The position numbers were made by a program, and so were the translations under genes. From the NCBI GenBank assembly GCA_051532035.1, contig JAOPTW010000027.1, forward strand, positions 1-64,000: 64,000 nt of DNA, given 5' to 3'. The notes under the pieces were generated by a model. That model made no database searches. It was not told the origin of the DNA and worked only from the letters and a program-made list of their open reading frames with translations. The DNA comes from Fibrobacterales bacterium. GTDB lineage: Bacteria; Fibrobacterota; Fibrobacteria; Fibrobacterales; JAOPTW01. Numbering within the stretch: the stretch's first letter is position 1; each line of letters starts with the position of its first letter. Below are positions 10,446 to 20,123 of this stretch, in pieces.

Positions 10446-10640
10446 TTGTATGCCGTTTCGGTCAACGAGGACATCTGTACTGGTTGTAGCGGCTGCGCCA
10501 ACCAATGCCCATCAATGATTCTCATCATTGATGATACTGAAGGCGTCTGTAAAGTAATCGACACAATTCAATGTGGCGGAGAGAAAGAGTGCATGGAGGC
10601 CTGCCCAACGGGCGCCATCACAGTGACAACTCATTCTTAA
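10446..10640 (+). CDS. Small 4Fe-4S dicluster ferredoxin
   Basis: CTGCSGCANQCP and CGGEKECMEACPTGAI. Start uncertain (in-frame TTG at 10446). Confidence 0.75.
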   Translation: MYAVSVNEDICTGCSGCANQCPSMILIIDDTEGVCKVIDTIQCGGEKECMEACPTGAITVTTHS

Positions 10641-10664
10641 CAAATAGTATTACACACTCGATTA

Positions 10665-11228
10665 TTATACACCATATTGACTCTTATCACCAATATCATA
10701 GTGAAGAGGCATTGTCCATTTTGCCACCGCAAGCCAACTAAATAACAGTGACGCCACCCCAATAGAAAGATACGCAACAGTATCAAATGAGAAAAAGAGT
10801 GCGCCAATTGAAAACGCAAACAGAAAGGGCACAAAGGGAAGGCCAGGAATTTTAAAACAAAAATATTCTTTAAACGCCATCATTCCTGTGCCCGCATAAA
10901 AAAAGCCTAGAGCTGCAAGCTCTGCATTTTCGTGAAGCCACACATTCTCAATACGAGTCGAAATACCAAATATCACAAAGCCTATCCAACTCATAAGTGG
11001 TATTAGCCAACGGAAACGGGGGTCATACAGATGAATATTAGCACTAGCAAGTGCAGCACCAACTCCCACTATTGGCAAATACCAATACTCCATAATAGAC
11101 CATTGTGCAAAATAATCAACGCTATAGAGCAGTGAACTGAGCCCCACTATTACAAGCCCAATACGATACAGTGATACCGTCATTTTATCAAAGCCATGCA
11201 TTTCAGGTTCATGTTCAGGATTTGCCAT
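10665..11228 (-). CDS. DUF2301-like integral membrane protein
   Basis: Multiple TM helices; YRIGL, IHLY and FKEYFCF motifs. Start MANPE with GAGGAG RBS. Confidence 0.7.
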   Translation of the reverse strand: MANPEHEPEMHGFDKMTVSLYRIGLVIVGLSSLLYSVDYFAQWSIMEYWYLPIVGVGAALASANIHLYDPRFRWLIPLMSWIGFVIFGISTRIENVWLHENAELAALGFFYAGTGMMAFKEYFCFKIPGLPFVPFLFAFSIGALFFSFDTVAYLSIGVASLLFSWLAVAKWTMPLHYDIGDKSQYGV

Positions 11229-11406
11229 ATTTTCTCCTCTTTGTATATCGTTAAGATAGCACGAAATCAAACAAGAAACAATAACTCCTCTACCATGGTA
11301 CAATCTTATGGCAACTATTACGCTCCTGTAATGACCAAACCCCAACCCTTCATTATTTTATCAAATTAATCTACTTTAATAGCATGAATTTACTGAGATA
11401 GAACGC

Positions 11407-11772
11407 ATGAAAACAGTGATCATAATTGCTCATGGCAGCAGACGCAGCGCCTCTAATGATGAGTTCATCGATTTTGTCTCTCAAATTGCTCAAAAGCATG
11501 CATCAAATGATTGTCTCATCACCCATGCATTTTTGGAATTATCTAAACCTACACTTACGCAATCTATTGAATCTGCAATAACGCAGGGCAGTACCATGAT
11601 CGATATTCTACCCTATTTTCTTAATGCTGGAGTGCATGTGGAACGCGACATTCCCCACCATATATCTGAAGCAAAGACCGCCCACCCTGAATGTCGGTTT
11701 ACCACACTCCCCTATATCGGCGCTCTATCGGGCATGCAGACCCTCGTATCCTCTCAAATAACCACCAAATAA
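11407..11772 (+). CDS. CbiX/SirB family chelatase (short form)
   Basis: IAHGSR, AFLEL..P and PYFLNAGVHVERDIP motifs. Confidence 0.85.
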   Translation: MKTVIIIAHGSRRSASNDEFIDFVSQIAQKHASNDCLITHAFLELSKPTLTQSIESAITQGSTMIDILPYFLNAGVHVERDIPHHISEAKTAHPECRFTTLPYIGALSGMQTLVSSQITTK

Positions 11773-11860
11773 AGCCTTCAACGGCTTTCTCTTGGATATT
11801 TCCCATACATTGAAAAGAAAAAAACTACATTCTATTCAAATCGATTAGAGGATATATTGT

Positions 11861-13099
11861 ATGTTAGGACAACAGGTTCGTGTTGAAGTTCAAAATGACT
11901 TTTTAACCAAAGTTTCCCAGGCAAACCCCGTTGCAGCTCTTGCTGAACTTATTTGGAATTCACTTGATGCCGACGCCACTGAAGTAGTGATTGAAACCCT
12001 TGAAAATGAACTGGGCATCATTACCGATATTATTGTAAAAGATAATGGTCATGGCATTCACAATGATCACGCTCGCGAACTTTTCGGATCACTTGGGGGC
12101 TCGTGGAAAAGCACTTCTATGTCTACCGGTCGTGGACGATTTCTTCATGGTCAAGAAGGCAAAGGACGCTTTAAAGCATTCGCACTGGGCAGTGATGTTC
12201 ATTGGGACATCAACTACTCGGATGATACCTCTGTAAAAAAATACTCGGTCTCTTCTCAATATGAAAACCTCGGGACCTTTAGCCTTACCGATATAAGCGT
12301 ATCTCAACAGGATCATGCTGGTGTAACTGTACACATCTCTAATCCACATAAGCAGTTTGCTTTTTTTGATCAAGATGTAGCGAAAGAGAAACTGACTCCA
12401 ATATTTGCTTTTTATCTCATGGCATACAAAGATGTCTCAATCAGATTCAATGATGCGCTCATAACTCCAGAAACGCTTATTCGTAATCACACGACCTACA
12501 CTCTTGAAACACTCGATGTTGAAGGGACACCTTACAACTACGAGCTCGAAATTGTTGAATGGAATGAGAAAACAGAGCGTCTCTGTTATCTCTGTAATCA
12601 GTACGGCTTCCCTTTGGAACGTAGTGATAGAAGTCTTGCCCAGTATAAAGACTTCTCATTTACCGCCTACCTTAAATCAGAGCATTTAACTCATCTTAAC
12701 AACATGGGTCTCTTGGCAATTTCAGAACTTGAGCCTCATCTCTCTTTGATGCTTGATAAAGCCTTTTCAGAAATGAAAACTCATTTTAACAAACAGTCAG
12801 CGGCAAGTTCACAAAAAGTAATCACTGAGCTCCGCAACGAGAAAGCATACCCTTTTGATAAAGCAGTATCGGATGACGAAAAAGTCATCAGAAAAATATT
12901 TGATGGATTAGCAGTACACATTCAAGAAGAGATACCCGATTACAAAAAGATGGGCGCAAAAGCAAAAGCACTCCACTATCGACTCCTCAAACTTGCTATG
13001 GAGCAATCTCCTGATGCACTGCATCAACTCCTCTCTAGTGATGTAAGCCTCAAAAAAGATTCAGTTTCTGAACTCGAAAAACTGATGAGTTTAGTATAA
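11861..13099 (+). CDS. GHKL-type ATPase (HATPase_c_3 / MORC-MutL-like)
   Basis: ELIWNSLDADA, DNGHGI, GGSWK and HGQEGKGRF Bergerat-fold motifs. Confidence 0.8.
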   Translation: MLGQQVRVEVQNDFLTKVSQANPVAALAELIWNSLDADATEVVIETLENELGIITDIIVKDNGHGIHNDHARELFGSLGGSWKSTSMSTGRGRFLHGQEGKGRFKAFALGSDVHWDINYSDDTSVKKYSVSSQYENLGTFSLTDISVSQQDHAGVTVHISNPHKQFAFFDQDVAKEKLTPIFAFYLMAYKDVSIRFNDALITPETLIRNHTTYTLETLDVEGTPYNYELEIVEWNEKTERLCYLCNQYGFPLERSDRSLAQYKDFSFTAYLKSEHLTHLNNMGLLAISELEPHLSLMLDKAFSEMKTHFNKQSAASSQKVITELRNEKAYPFDKAVSDDEKVIRKIFDGLAVHIQEEIPDYKKMGAKAKALHYRLLKLAMEQSPDALHQLLSSDVSLKKDSVSELEKLMSLV

Positions 13100-13124
13100 A
13101 TCATTGATAATAAACAATAGAAAC

Positions 13125-13157
13125 AAAAGGGGCCTCTAATAAATAGAGGCCCCTTTT
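13125..13157. terminator. Bidirectional rho-independent terminator
   Basis: AAAAGGGGCCTCTA-ATAAA-TAGAGGCCCCTTTT. Confidence 0.85.
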
Positions 13158-13183
13158 TGAATTAAGTAGCACCGCCCCCAGCA

Positions 13184-13249
13184 CTACTCAATTTTAAATT
13201 GCGCAACATTTCGTTTCATTGCGTCAGAGACTTCTTTCAATTCGCTGGA
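13184..13249 (-). pseudogene. Possible 3'-end remnant of a methyl-accepting chemotaxis gene
   Basis: Minus-strand frame SSELKEVSDAMKRNVAQFKIE* resembles MCP C-termini, has no upstream gene body and ends just before the terminator. Confidence 0.35.
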
Positions 13250-13415
13250 TTATATATTATGCCATTCTTATTACCTATCTGCACGAACAATACCTCCATA
13301 GAGCCAAATTCCTAATAATTAACGCAAAACTCCTTTTTCAGGTAAATTTCCGGGAGACAAAAGGCATACTCCCTTCCAAATTGTTATCTTTGCCTTAGAT
13401 TTAAAAGGATACAAC

Positions 13416-14246
13416 ATGGCTTCAATTGGCAAAACAGAAACTCTTACCGTAGTAAGCGTCAAAGAGTTTGGACTTTATCTTGATGGTGGTGAACTGGGCG
13501 AGATCTTAATCCCCACTCGATATGCACCACCCCGAGCACAAGAGGGTGATGCACTATCTGTTTTTATCTATTGTGATTCTGAAGATCGCGTAATAGCGAC
13601 TACAGAAAAACCATTTCTTGAAGCTGGTGAATATGGCATATTAAAAGTTGCCGAAACGGGTTCTTATGGAGCTTTCTTAAACTGGGGACTACCAAAAGAT
13701 ATTCTTGTACCGCACAAAGAGATGCAGCGCGAGATGGAACAAGGCTTTGAGTATCTTGTCACGGTCTATGTCGATCACGAAACCGACCGCCTCGTTGCTA
13801 GTTCACGACTTGACCGCCACCTGAGCATTGATACCGACATGTTTTCTGAAGGCGATGAAGTCTCTATTATTGTCGCTCACTTTACCGACATGGGCTGCAA
13901 AGTAGTAGTCAATAATCACTGCTGGGGATTACTCTTCAAAAACGAGATCTTTCGAGATTTAAAAAAGGGTGACAGGACCACCGCATGGATTAAGAACATA
14001 CGAGAAGATGGAAAGCTCGACTTAGTGTTACAACAAGCGGGATATGACATCATTGACCCCCTCTCCAAAGAGATTATGGAGAAGCTTGATGGCTCAGAAG
14101 GGTTCCTTCCTTTTAATGATAAAAGTGCACCTGATGAAATTTATGACTTTTTTGGCATGAGTAAAAAAGCTTTTAAAAAGGCACTCGGAAGCCTCTATAA
14201 AGAACGCCTTATTACTATCGAAGCCGATGGTATCCATAAACAATAA
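13416..14246 (+). CDS. cvfB: CvfB/YitL family S1 RNA-binding protein
   Basis: Repeated S1 motifs (FGLYLD, GAFLNWGLPKDILVP) and C-terminal wHTH (MSKKAFKKALGSLYK). Confidence 0.85.
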   Translation: MASIGKTETLTVVSVKEFGLYLDGGELGEILIPTRYAPPRAQEGDALSVFIYCDSEDRVIATTEKPFLEAGEYGILKVAETGSYGAFLNWGLPKDILVPHKEMQREMEQGFEYLVTVYVDHETDRLVASSRLDRHLSIDTDMFSEGDEVSIIVAHFTDMGCKVVVNNHCWGLLFKNEIFRDLKKGDRTTAWIKNIREDGKLDLVLQQAGYDIIDPLSKEIMEKLDGSEGFLPFNDKSAPDEIYDFFGMSKKAFKKALGSLYKERLITIEADGIHKQ

Positions 14247-14263
14247 ACTTGAGCGACTCCTCT

Positions 14264-14629
14264 ATGGCTAAAAAACTAAACTCATTTGCTGACCTCGTCT
14301 ACTCATCAGAAACCGGCTCTACCTGCCCTAAATGCGGGAAGGCCTACAAGAAATGCAGCTGCACCAATGACACCCCACCCCCCAAGGGTGATGGTATCGT
14401 GCGGGTTGGCCGTCTTACCAAAGGGAAAAAAGGGGCTGGAGTCACCACCATAACAGGCCTACCCTTAAATGATAGTGACCTCAAAGACGTGGCCAAAAGG
14501 TTAAAACAGAAATGTGGAACAGGCGGTACTATAAAAGAGCGTGTGATTGAGATTCAAGGGGACAAACGCGATCTGTTACTCCCCGAACTTGAAAAAATGG
14601 GCTACACTGTAAAACGTGTCGGCGGATAA
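14264..14629 (+). CDS. yciH: SUI1 family translation initiation factor
   Basis: LVYS, GKKGAGVTTI, LKQKCGTGG and IEIQGD motifs. Alternative TTG start at 14249. Confidence 0.85.
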   Translation: MAKKLNSFADLVYSSETGSTCPKCGKAYKKCSCTNDTPPPKGDGIVRVGRLTKGKKGAGVTTITGLPLNDSDLKDVAKRLKQKCGTGGTIKERVIEIQGDKRDLLLPELEKMGYTVKRVGG

Positions 14630-14637
14630 TAAAGGGT

Positions 14638-15984
14638 ATGCCACGAGCCCTTCCTGACCTCACCACAACCCCCGTTACACAATCGCTTGTATCAATGACC
14701 CTCCCCATGATTGTGGGCATCGGGGGTATGATCCTTTTTAATCTTATTGACACTTGGTTTGTAGCGCAACTGAGTTCACGGCACCTTGCCGCTATGAGTT
14801 TCACCTTCCCGGTGACTCTTTTTGCAGGAAGCCTTGCCCTCGGCCTTGGCACAGGTGCTACTGCTGTAATTTCTCGAGCTATTGGCACTAAAGAGACGAG
14901 TAAAGTAAGTCGAACCACCGTTGATGCGTTATTACTCTCCATACTCATAGTCTCACTGTTTATTATCATTGGATACCTCACCATGGACCCCCTTTTTAGA
15001 ATGCTCGGGTCGGGGAGCGATACGCTTCACTTGGTTAAAGAGTATATGAGAGTTTGGTATGGCGGTGCACTTTTTGTTGTTGTCCCCATGGTGGGCAATA
15101 GCGCCATTAGAGCAACAGGTGACATAAAAACAACATCTGCTATTATGATGATAGCCATTGTTATCAATCTGATACTCGACCCTCTCCTCATTTTTGGGTA
15201 CGGGCCCTTCCCCCGAATGGAAATGGAAGGCGCAGCTCTTGCCTCTGTTATTGCCCGCGCCACTACTCTCGTTGCATCGTTACTCGTTCTCCATTATAAA
15301 CACAAAATGCTCACCTTTATTCTCCCCACCCTTTCTGATCTTAAACACTCTTGGAAAGGCATCCTCTATATAGGTCTCCCTTCAGCAACTACGAAATTAA
15401 TTATCCCTCTTTCAATGGGTGTTGTCACTCGTATCGTTGCACAGTATGGCACCAACGCTGTTGCGGGCTTTGGTCTTGCATCCCGTATCGAAGCTCTTGC
15501 CATTATGGTTTTTATGGCACTCTCGGCAATAACCGTCCCGTTTACCGGACAGAACTTTGGTGCAGGTCAGGTTAACCGCATCAAAGAAGCCACCCTTAAG
15601 AGCTCTCTCTTTGCTCTCACCTATGGCTTTAGCCTCTTTATACTGTTTGCCTTTTTTGGAGAATCCATAGCGGTACTCTTTGATAGCACTCCCTCAATTA
15701 TTGCAGTAACCAACCTCTATCTCTTTATTGTGAGCCTCAGCTATGGACTTGCCGGCATTCTCATGGTCAACAGTTCAACCTTTAATGGACTCAATCAACC
15801 CATGCCAACCCTCTATTTGGCTATTGTACGTATGGTTGCTTTTTACATCCCCTTCGCCTATATCGGTTCTCACCTATTAGGTCTTGCAGGGATATGTATC
15901 GGCATCGCTCTCGCAAACGCTTTAACCGGTGCCTGGGCGCATTTTTGGTTGAAACGGATGTTGAATCGCCTAATAAAATCCTAG
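14638..15984 (+). CDS. MATE family efflux transporter
   Basis: About 12 TM helices; DTWFVAQL, NLILDPLLIFG and GQNFGAG motifs. Confidence 0.9.
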   Translation: MPRALPDLTTTPVTQSLVSMTLPMIVGIGGMILFNLIDTWFVAQLSSRHLAAMSFTFPVTLFAGSLALGLGTGATAVISRAIGTKETSKVSRTTVDALLLSILIVSLFIIIGYLTMDPLFRMLGSGSDTLHLVKEYMRVWYGGALFVVVPMVGNSAIRATGDIKTTSAIMMIAIVINLILDPLLIFGYGPFPRMEMEGAALASVIARATTLVASLLVLHYKHKMLTFILPTLSDLKHSWKGILYIGLPSATTKLIIPLSMGVVTRIVAQYGTNAVAGFGLASRIEALAIMVFMALSAITVPFTGQNFGAGQVNRIKEATLKSSLFALTYGFSLFILFAFFGESIAVLFDSTPSIIAVTNLYLFIVSLSYGLAGILMVNSSTFNGLNQPMPTLYLAIVRMVAFYIPFAYIGSHLLGLAGICIGIALANALTGAWAHFWLKRMLNRLIKS

Positions 15985-16059
15985 CAAAGCACCCACAATA
16001 CTGCTTACAATTTATTACCTTTTTAATTCACTATTTTTAAAAAACTAAAGGATCTACCT

Positions 16060-16641
16060 ATGGAACTATCAATTGCATACCAAGACTCATACTCTCGAGG
16101 AGAGCTTCTACTCAGAACAATATTCGGCATATTTTATATTGCCATCCCTCACTTCTTTATCCTCCTTTTTCTTGGCCTCTGGGGCTCTGTATTAGGATTT
16201 ATTTCTTTTTGGGCAATACTTTTTACAGGGTCATATCCCCAAAGTAGCTTTGAATACCAAGTAAAACTCAGTCGTTGGTCTCTTCGTGTAATGGCCCGCC
16301 TTTGGAACCTTACAGATGGCTATCCTCCTTTTGGACTGAGCAACGAAGATGACCCAGCACAACTCTCAATTGCCTACCCTGAATCTGTGAGTCGTGTATC
16401 AGTCCTTCTCAGAACACTGTTTGGCGCTTTTTACGTTGTCATTCCTCATATGTTCTGTCTTTATTTTCGTTTTATCGCCACAGCAGTTCTTCAATTTATC
16501 GCATGGTGGATTGTACTTTTTACTGGGTCTTACCCACAAAGTTTTCACGAGTTTAACGTTGGCACCCTTAGATGGCAAACACGGTTAAACCTCTATATGA
16601 GATTTATCACACAAGAATATCCTGCATTTTCTGGTAAATAA
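16060..16641 (+). CDS. DUF4389-like membrane protein (internal duplication)
   Basis: Two repeats of SR..LLRT.FG.FY..IPH...W..LFTGSYPQS...YP.F. Confidence 0.75.
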   Translation: MELSIAYQDSYSRGELLLRTIFGIFYIAIPHFFILLFLGLWGSVLGFISFWAILFTGSYPQSSFEYQVKLSRWSLRVMARLWNLTDGYPPFGLSNEDDPAQLSIAYPESVSRVSVLLRTLFGAFYVVIPHMFCLYFRFIATAVLQFIAWWIVLFTGSYPQSFHEFNVGTLRWQTRLNLYMRFITQEYPAFSGK

Positions 16642-17201
16642 TGGAAGGGCATAATTCCTTTGTTGAGAACCAGTCATCATCGACTGGTTCTTCAACTGAC
16701 ATCTCATCAAAGTATCATTCCCTTCCTCAACCAGATGACATTCCAAAACGTGAATGTGAGGATGCGATGGGTGGATACCTCATGATGTTTGCAGTTCTTG
16801 CTGTAGGCTTACCCCTGCCGATACTTAATTTAATTGCCGCTGTTATCTATTATTTTGTAAATCGAAAAAAGAGTAGATTTGTTCATTTCCATGTATTACA
16901 ATCACTTATTTCACAGCTCCCTACTTCAATAGCAAATGTTGTTCTTATAGGCTGGACGTTCCAAATCTTTTATCATACAAGTACCCTTACGCAGTTAGGT
17001 TTCAGCAACCACTATATTGGATATCTCTTTACGGCTATGATACTCAATATCGGATATGTGATACTGAGTATTGTTGCAGCAATAAGAGCCCGCAAAGGTC
17101 GTATGATGTATATGCTCTTTTTTGGCAAAATATCATACCATTTTGCCTTTCGTAAACAAGAAATCGAAGATGTAATTATCGAAAATAGGCCACCAATTTA
17201 A
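16641..17201 (+). CDS. DUF4870-like membrane protein
   Basis: Three TM segments; SRFVHFH.LQS motif; translationally coupled to the previous gene. Confidence 0.6.
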   Translation: MEGHNSFVENQSSSTGSSTDISSKYHSLPQPDDIPKRECEDAMGGYLMMFAVLAVGLPLPILNLIAAVIYYFVNRKKSRFVHFHVLQSLISQLPTSIANVVLIGWTFQIFYHTSTLTQLGFSNHYIGYLFTAMILNIGYVILSIVAAIRARKGRMMYMLFFGKISYHFAFRKQEIEDVIIENRPPI

Positions 17202-17203
17202 TT

Positions 17204-17989
17204 ATGCTCATCATTCTAAAAAAATCATTCAAAGAACTTCTTCTCCTCGTGCTACTCTTTGGATCCATTTGGTATCTTTTTTCTCACGTTGAACTCGGAA
17301 CTCCTTCTCTTGATGACCTTGTATCAATCGAACTTGAAGAGAAACTGGGAACCTTTATCATTGAAGACCTCTATAGCGCAAACCCTGAATATCAAAAAAT
17401 ATCCATTCCTCCTATAGATTCAGTCGTACATATCATATCAAATAGACTCTATCAGGGTATTGATTCAACCGATTATGATTACTCAATCTCTGTGGTACAA
17501 TCCTCAAATATTAATGCTTTTGCCCTTCCTGGCGGCAGAATATTAGTCACCACAGCACTCATTTCATTTACCCATTCTGCAGAAGAACTAGCAGCAGTTA
17601 TCGCCCATGAAATTGGTCATGTAGAACATCGAGATGTTGTAGCCGCTCTATTGAAAGAGTTAGGTATCGCAGTACTTCTATCAGACAACATTGCCTCCAT
17701 TACCAAGATTACCCTTGGTACAATGCATAGTAGGTCTCAAGAAAGTGCCGCTGACCAATTTAGCCTATCACTCCTCGACAAAGCAAATATTTCCTCCAAA
17801 CACATGGCTCATTTTTTTACTCGACTCAGAGAACAAGAGTTTGAACTCAGTGAACACCTCGCCCTTTTAACCACACATCCCCACTTAAATAGCCGTATAA
17901 AAGCAGCTCATTCATTCACACAATCTGATACATTTACTGAGAAAAATTTTGATATTAATTGGAAAAGAGTACACGCTCTTACCCCATAG
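17204..17989 (+). CDS. M48 family zinc metallopeptidase
   Basis: NAFALPGG, AHEIGH, SRSQESAAD and THP motifs. Confidence 0.85.
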   Translation: MLIILKKSFKELLLLVLLFGSIWYLFSHVELGTPSLDDLVSIELEEKLGTFIIEDLYSANPEYQKISIPPIDSVVHIISNRLYQGIDSTDYDYSISVVQSSNINAFALPGGRILVTTALISFTHSAEELAAVIAHEIGHVEHRDVVAALLKELGIAVLLSDNIASITKITLGTMHSRSQESAADQFSLSLLDKANISSKHMAHFFTRLREQEFELSEHLALLTTHPHLNSRIKAAHSFTQSDTFTEKNFDINWKRVHALTP

Positions 17990-18000
17990 GCTTAAACTTT

Positions 18001-18963
18001 TTAACGCTCTTGCACCAAGAGCGTTTCGCCTTCCCAATATCCCACACAGTTCCTACCACTTTGCTTTGCAAAATACATGGCTTCATCGGCCCTTTCAAGA
18101 GATTTTGTTACAGGCCGCCCTGCATAGAGGCCAGTAACTCCCAGTGATACCGTCATAGGAATCTCACCCTCTTTAAAAGAGAATACATGGTCTTCAATTA
18201 CTTCTCTGAGCCTTTGAGCAAACGTTAACGAATGGTGCTTTTTCTGATTGCGCGCAATAATCACAAACTCTTCACCACCAAATCGTCCAATTTGATCGGT
18301 CTCTCTACAAAAACCTTTTAAGAGTTCAGCAAGTTCTTTTAACAGCACGTCTCCTGCAAGATGAGAGTGAGTGTCATTTATATTTTTGAAGTGATCAATA
18401 TCTAAAAATAGTAGGGATGATCGACTCCCATCGCCCTGAACACGGGCATGCTCTTTTTCGAGGAATTGCTGTATTGCTGTTTTATTGAGTAACCCTGTGA
18501 GGGGGTCTAGATTAACCTCATTTTTTAATATGCGATTTTCTTCATCGAGCATATCAATGGTGAGCCTCGAATATTCAACCATATTTTTTAAAGTAAGAAG
18601 CCCTACAATGACCCCACCCGACATCACGGGGAGTCTTTTGACATTTTCTGCACTAAAGGCCTCTATAGCTTCGAGGTAGTTTGTTGAAACATCAACGGTA
18701 ATGAGCGGTTCCGCCATAAATTCTTTAGCCGTAATACCGAGAACATCAAAAGGCCCCTGTTTTACCAAGTCAGCAAAACTGCGTTCCGTAATAATACCAA
18801 CGGGGCTCTCACCGTCCATTATGATAATACACCCAACGCGCTCTTCAGTCATTTTCTCTGCACACACCTGAGCAGAGTCATTAACATCTGCAGTAATAAC
18901 ATGCTCATGCATAATTTTTTCAATAGGAATATTAACAGTATCAGCAATCATGTACGACCTCAT
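18001..18963 (-). CDS. Diguanylate cyclase with tandem CBS domains
   Basis: Two CBS repeats; DPLTGLLN, DIDHFK.IND, RETD I-site and GGEEF. Confidence 0.9.
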   Translation of the reverse strand: MRSYMIADTVNIPIEKIMHEHVITADVNDSAQVCAEKMTEERVGCIIIMDGESPVGIITERSFADLVKQGPFDVLGITAKEFMAEPLITVDVSTNYLEAIEAFSAENVKRLPVMSGGVIVGLLTLKNMVEYSRLTIDMLDEENRILKNEVNLDPLTGLLNKTAIQQFLEKEHARVQGDGSRSSLLFLDIDHFKNINDTHSHLAGDVLLKELAELLKGFCRETDQIGRFGGEEFVIIARNQKKHHSLTFAQRLREVIEDHVFSFKEGEIPMTVSLGVTGLYAGRPVTKSLERADEAMYFAKQSGRNCVGYWEGETLLVQER

Positions 18964-19096
18964 TTGTCTCTTCTCTCAAGAGCACTCCCCCGGGGCTATC
19001 ATCATTAAAAGATATCTTCTTGTCACAAACAATTGCTATTTTTCACCGTACCGACAAAATTATTTTTCAAATTACCACACCACTTTAGGAAGCATC

Positions 19097-19333
19097 ATGG
19101 CCATTGAACTGGGTGAACCAATTATTAATCAACTCTCATACTTGATCGACACCTATATGAAAGATGAACTCGACATTGAACTAAGCGATTTTAAACTCGA
19201 AATGTTTACGAAATATGTTGCCGACAGTTTTGCTCCCACCATATACAATAGCGCCATTAAAGATGCCCATGCCTATGTCGTAACCAAAGCTGCTGATATG
19301 GAGATGGACCTCTATGCCGAAGAGCGCCGCTAA
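19097..19333 (+). CDS. DUF2164-like small protein
   Basis: Start MAIEL after AGGA RBS; Y...EL..EL..F...AP.IYN.AI.DA pattern. Confidence 0.65.
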   Translation: MAIELGEPIINQLSYLIDTYMKDELDIELSDFKLEMFTKYVADSFAPTIYNSAIKDAHAYVVTKAADMEMDLYAEERR

Positions 19334-20036
19334 GACTACAACGCCTCCCAAAGAAAGCGCTCTCTACCCTGCGGTAAAAGCTCTTTTAGAGCACCTTCAT
19401 TATACCGTTAAAGGAGAAGTCATTGACTGTGATGTCATGGCAGTAAAAGGCCCCAAAAAAAGTGAATCCATTGCTATTGTAGAATTGAAACTCGTCTTCA
19501 ATATTAAAATTTTGTATCAAGCTCTTGAACGAAAGAGCATTACCGATGCAGTTTATATTGCACTTCCTGAAAACTGTAGTGCCTATAAAAAAGATAGTGC
19601 GGCGGCAGAACAACTGTTATCTATGCTTGGCATCGGGCTCCTTATCGTTACTCCCGGCCCCACAGGGCAGGCAACCCCAGTCCTTGAACCCTCACCCTAT
19701 ATACCTCAACAAGATGACATTGCGAGTAGCAAACTCTTAACAGAGTTTTATGCACTCAACGGTGACCCCAATATTGGCGGGAGTTCAACCCGCACCAAAA
19801 AAATGACTGTCTACAGACAACAAGCGCTCTCGATTGTTTCCTATCTTAAAAAACATGGGCCCACGAAAGCGAGTATCATAAGTAATGAACTTGAGATACC
19901 CAAGGCACGGGCAATCCTCTATGACAATCACTACAATTGGTTTGAAGCAGAGGGTAAAGGAATCTACAAAAACTCAAAAAGAGCTATTTCCGGGTATAAA
20001 GAATGGAAGAAGTACCTGATTTCACCCGTTGTGTGA
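19314..20036 (+). CDS. DUF2161 family putative PD-(D/E)XK phosphodiesterase
   Basis: ESALYPAVK, VKGEV..CDV, VELK, GDPNIGGS, MTVYRQQAL and NHYNWF motifs. Confidence 0.8.
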   Translation: MPKSAAKTTTPPKESALYPAVKALLEHLHYTVKGEVIDCDVMAVKGPKKSESIAIVELKLVFNIKILYQALERKSITDAVYIALPENCSAYKKDSAAAEQLLSMLGIGLLIVTPGPTGQATPVLEPSPYIPQQDDIASSKLLTEFYALNGDPNIGGSSTRTKKMTVYRQQALSIVSYLKKHGPTKASIISNELEIPKARAILYDNHYNWFEAEGKGIYKNSKRAISGYKEWKKYLISPVV

Positions 20037-20088
20037 ACGTTTAATAAACAGAATGCTACTAAATCACTCCCTCTTTCTGCTAATCTGA

Positions 20089-20117
20089 TTGCCTACGCTT
20101 CTTTTGAAACGTATATT
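20089..20117 (+). promoter_or_regulatory. Sigma70-like promoter
   Basis: TTGCCT-17 nt-TATATT, directly upstream of the hairpin cluster. Confidence 0.5.
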
Positions 20118-20123
20118 GTAGAC

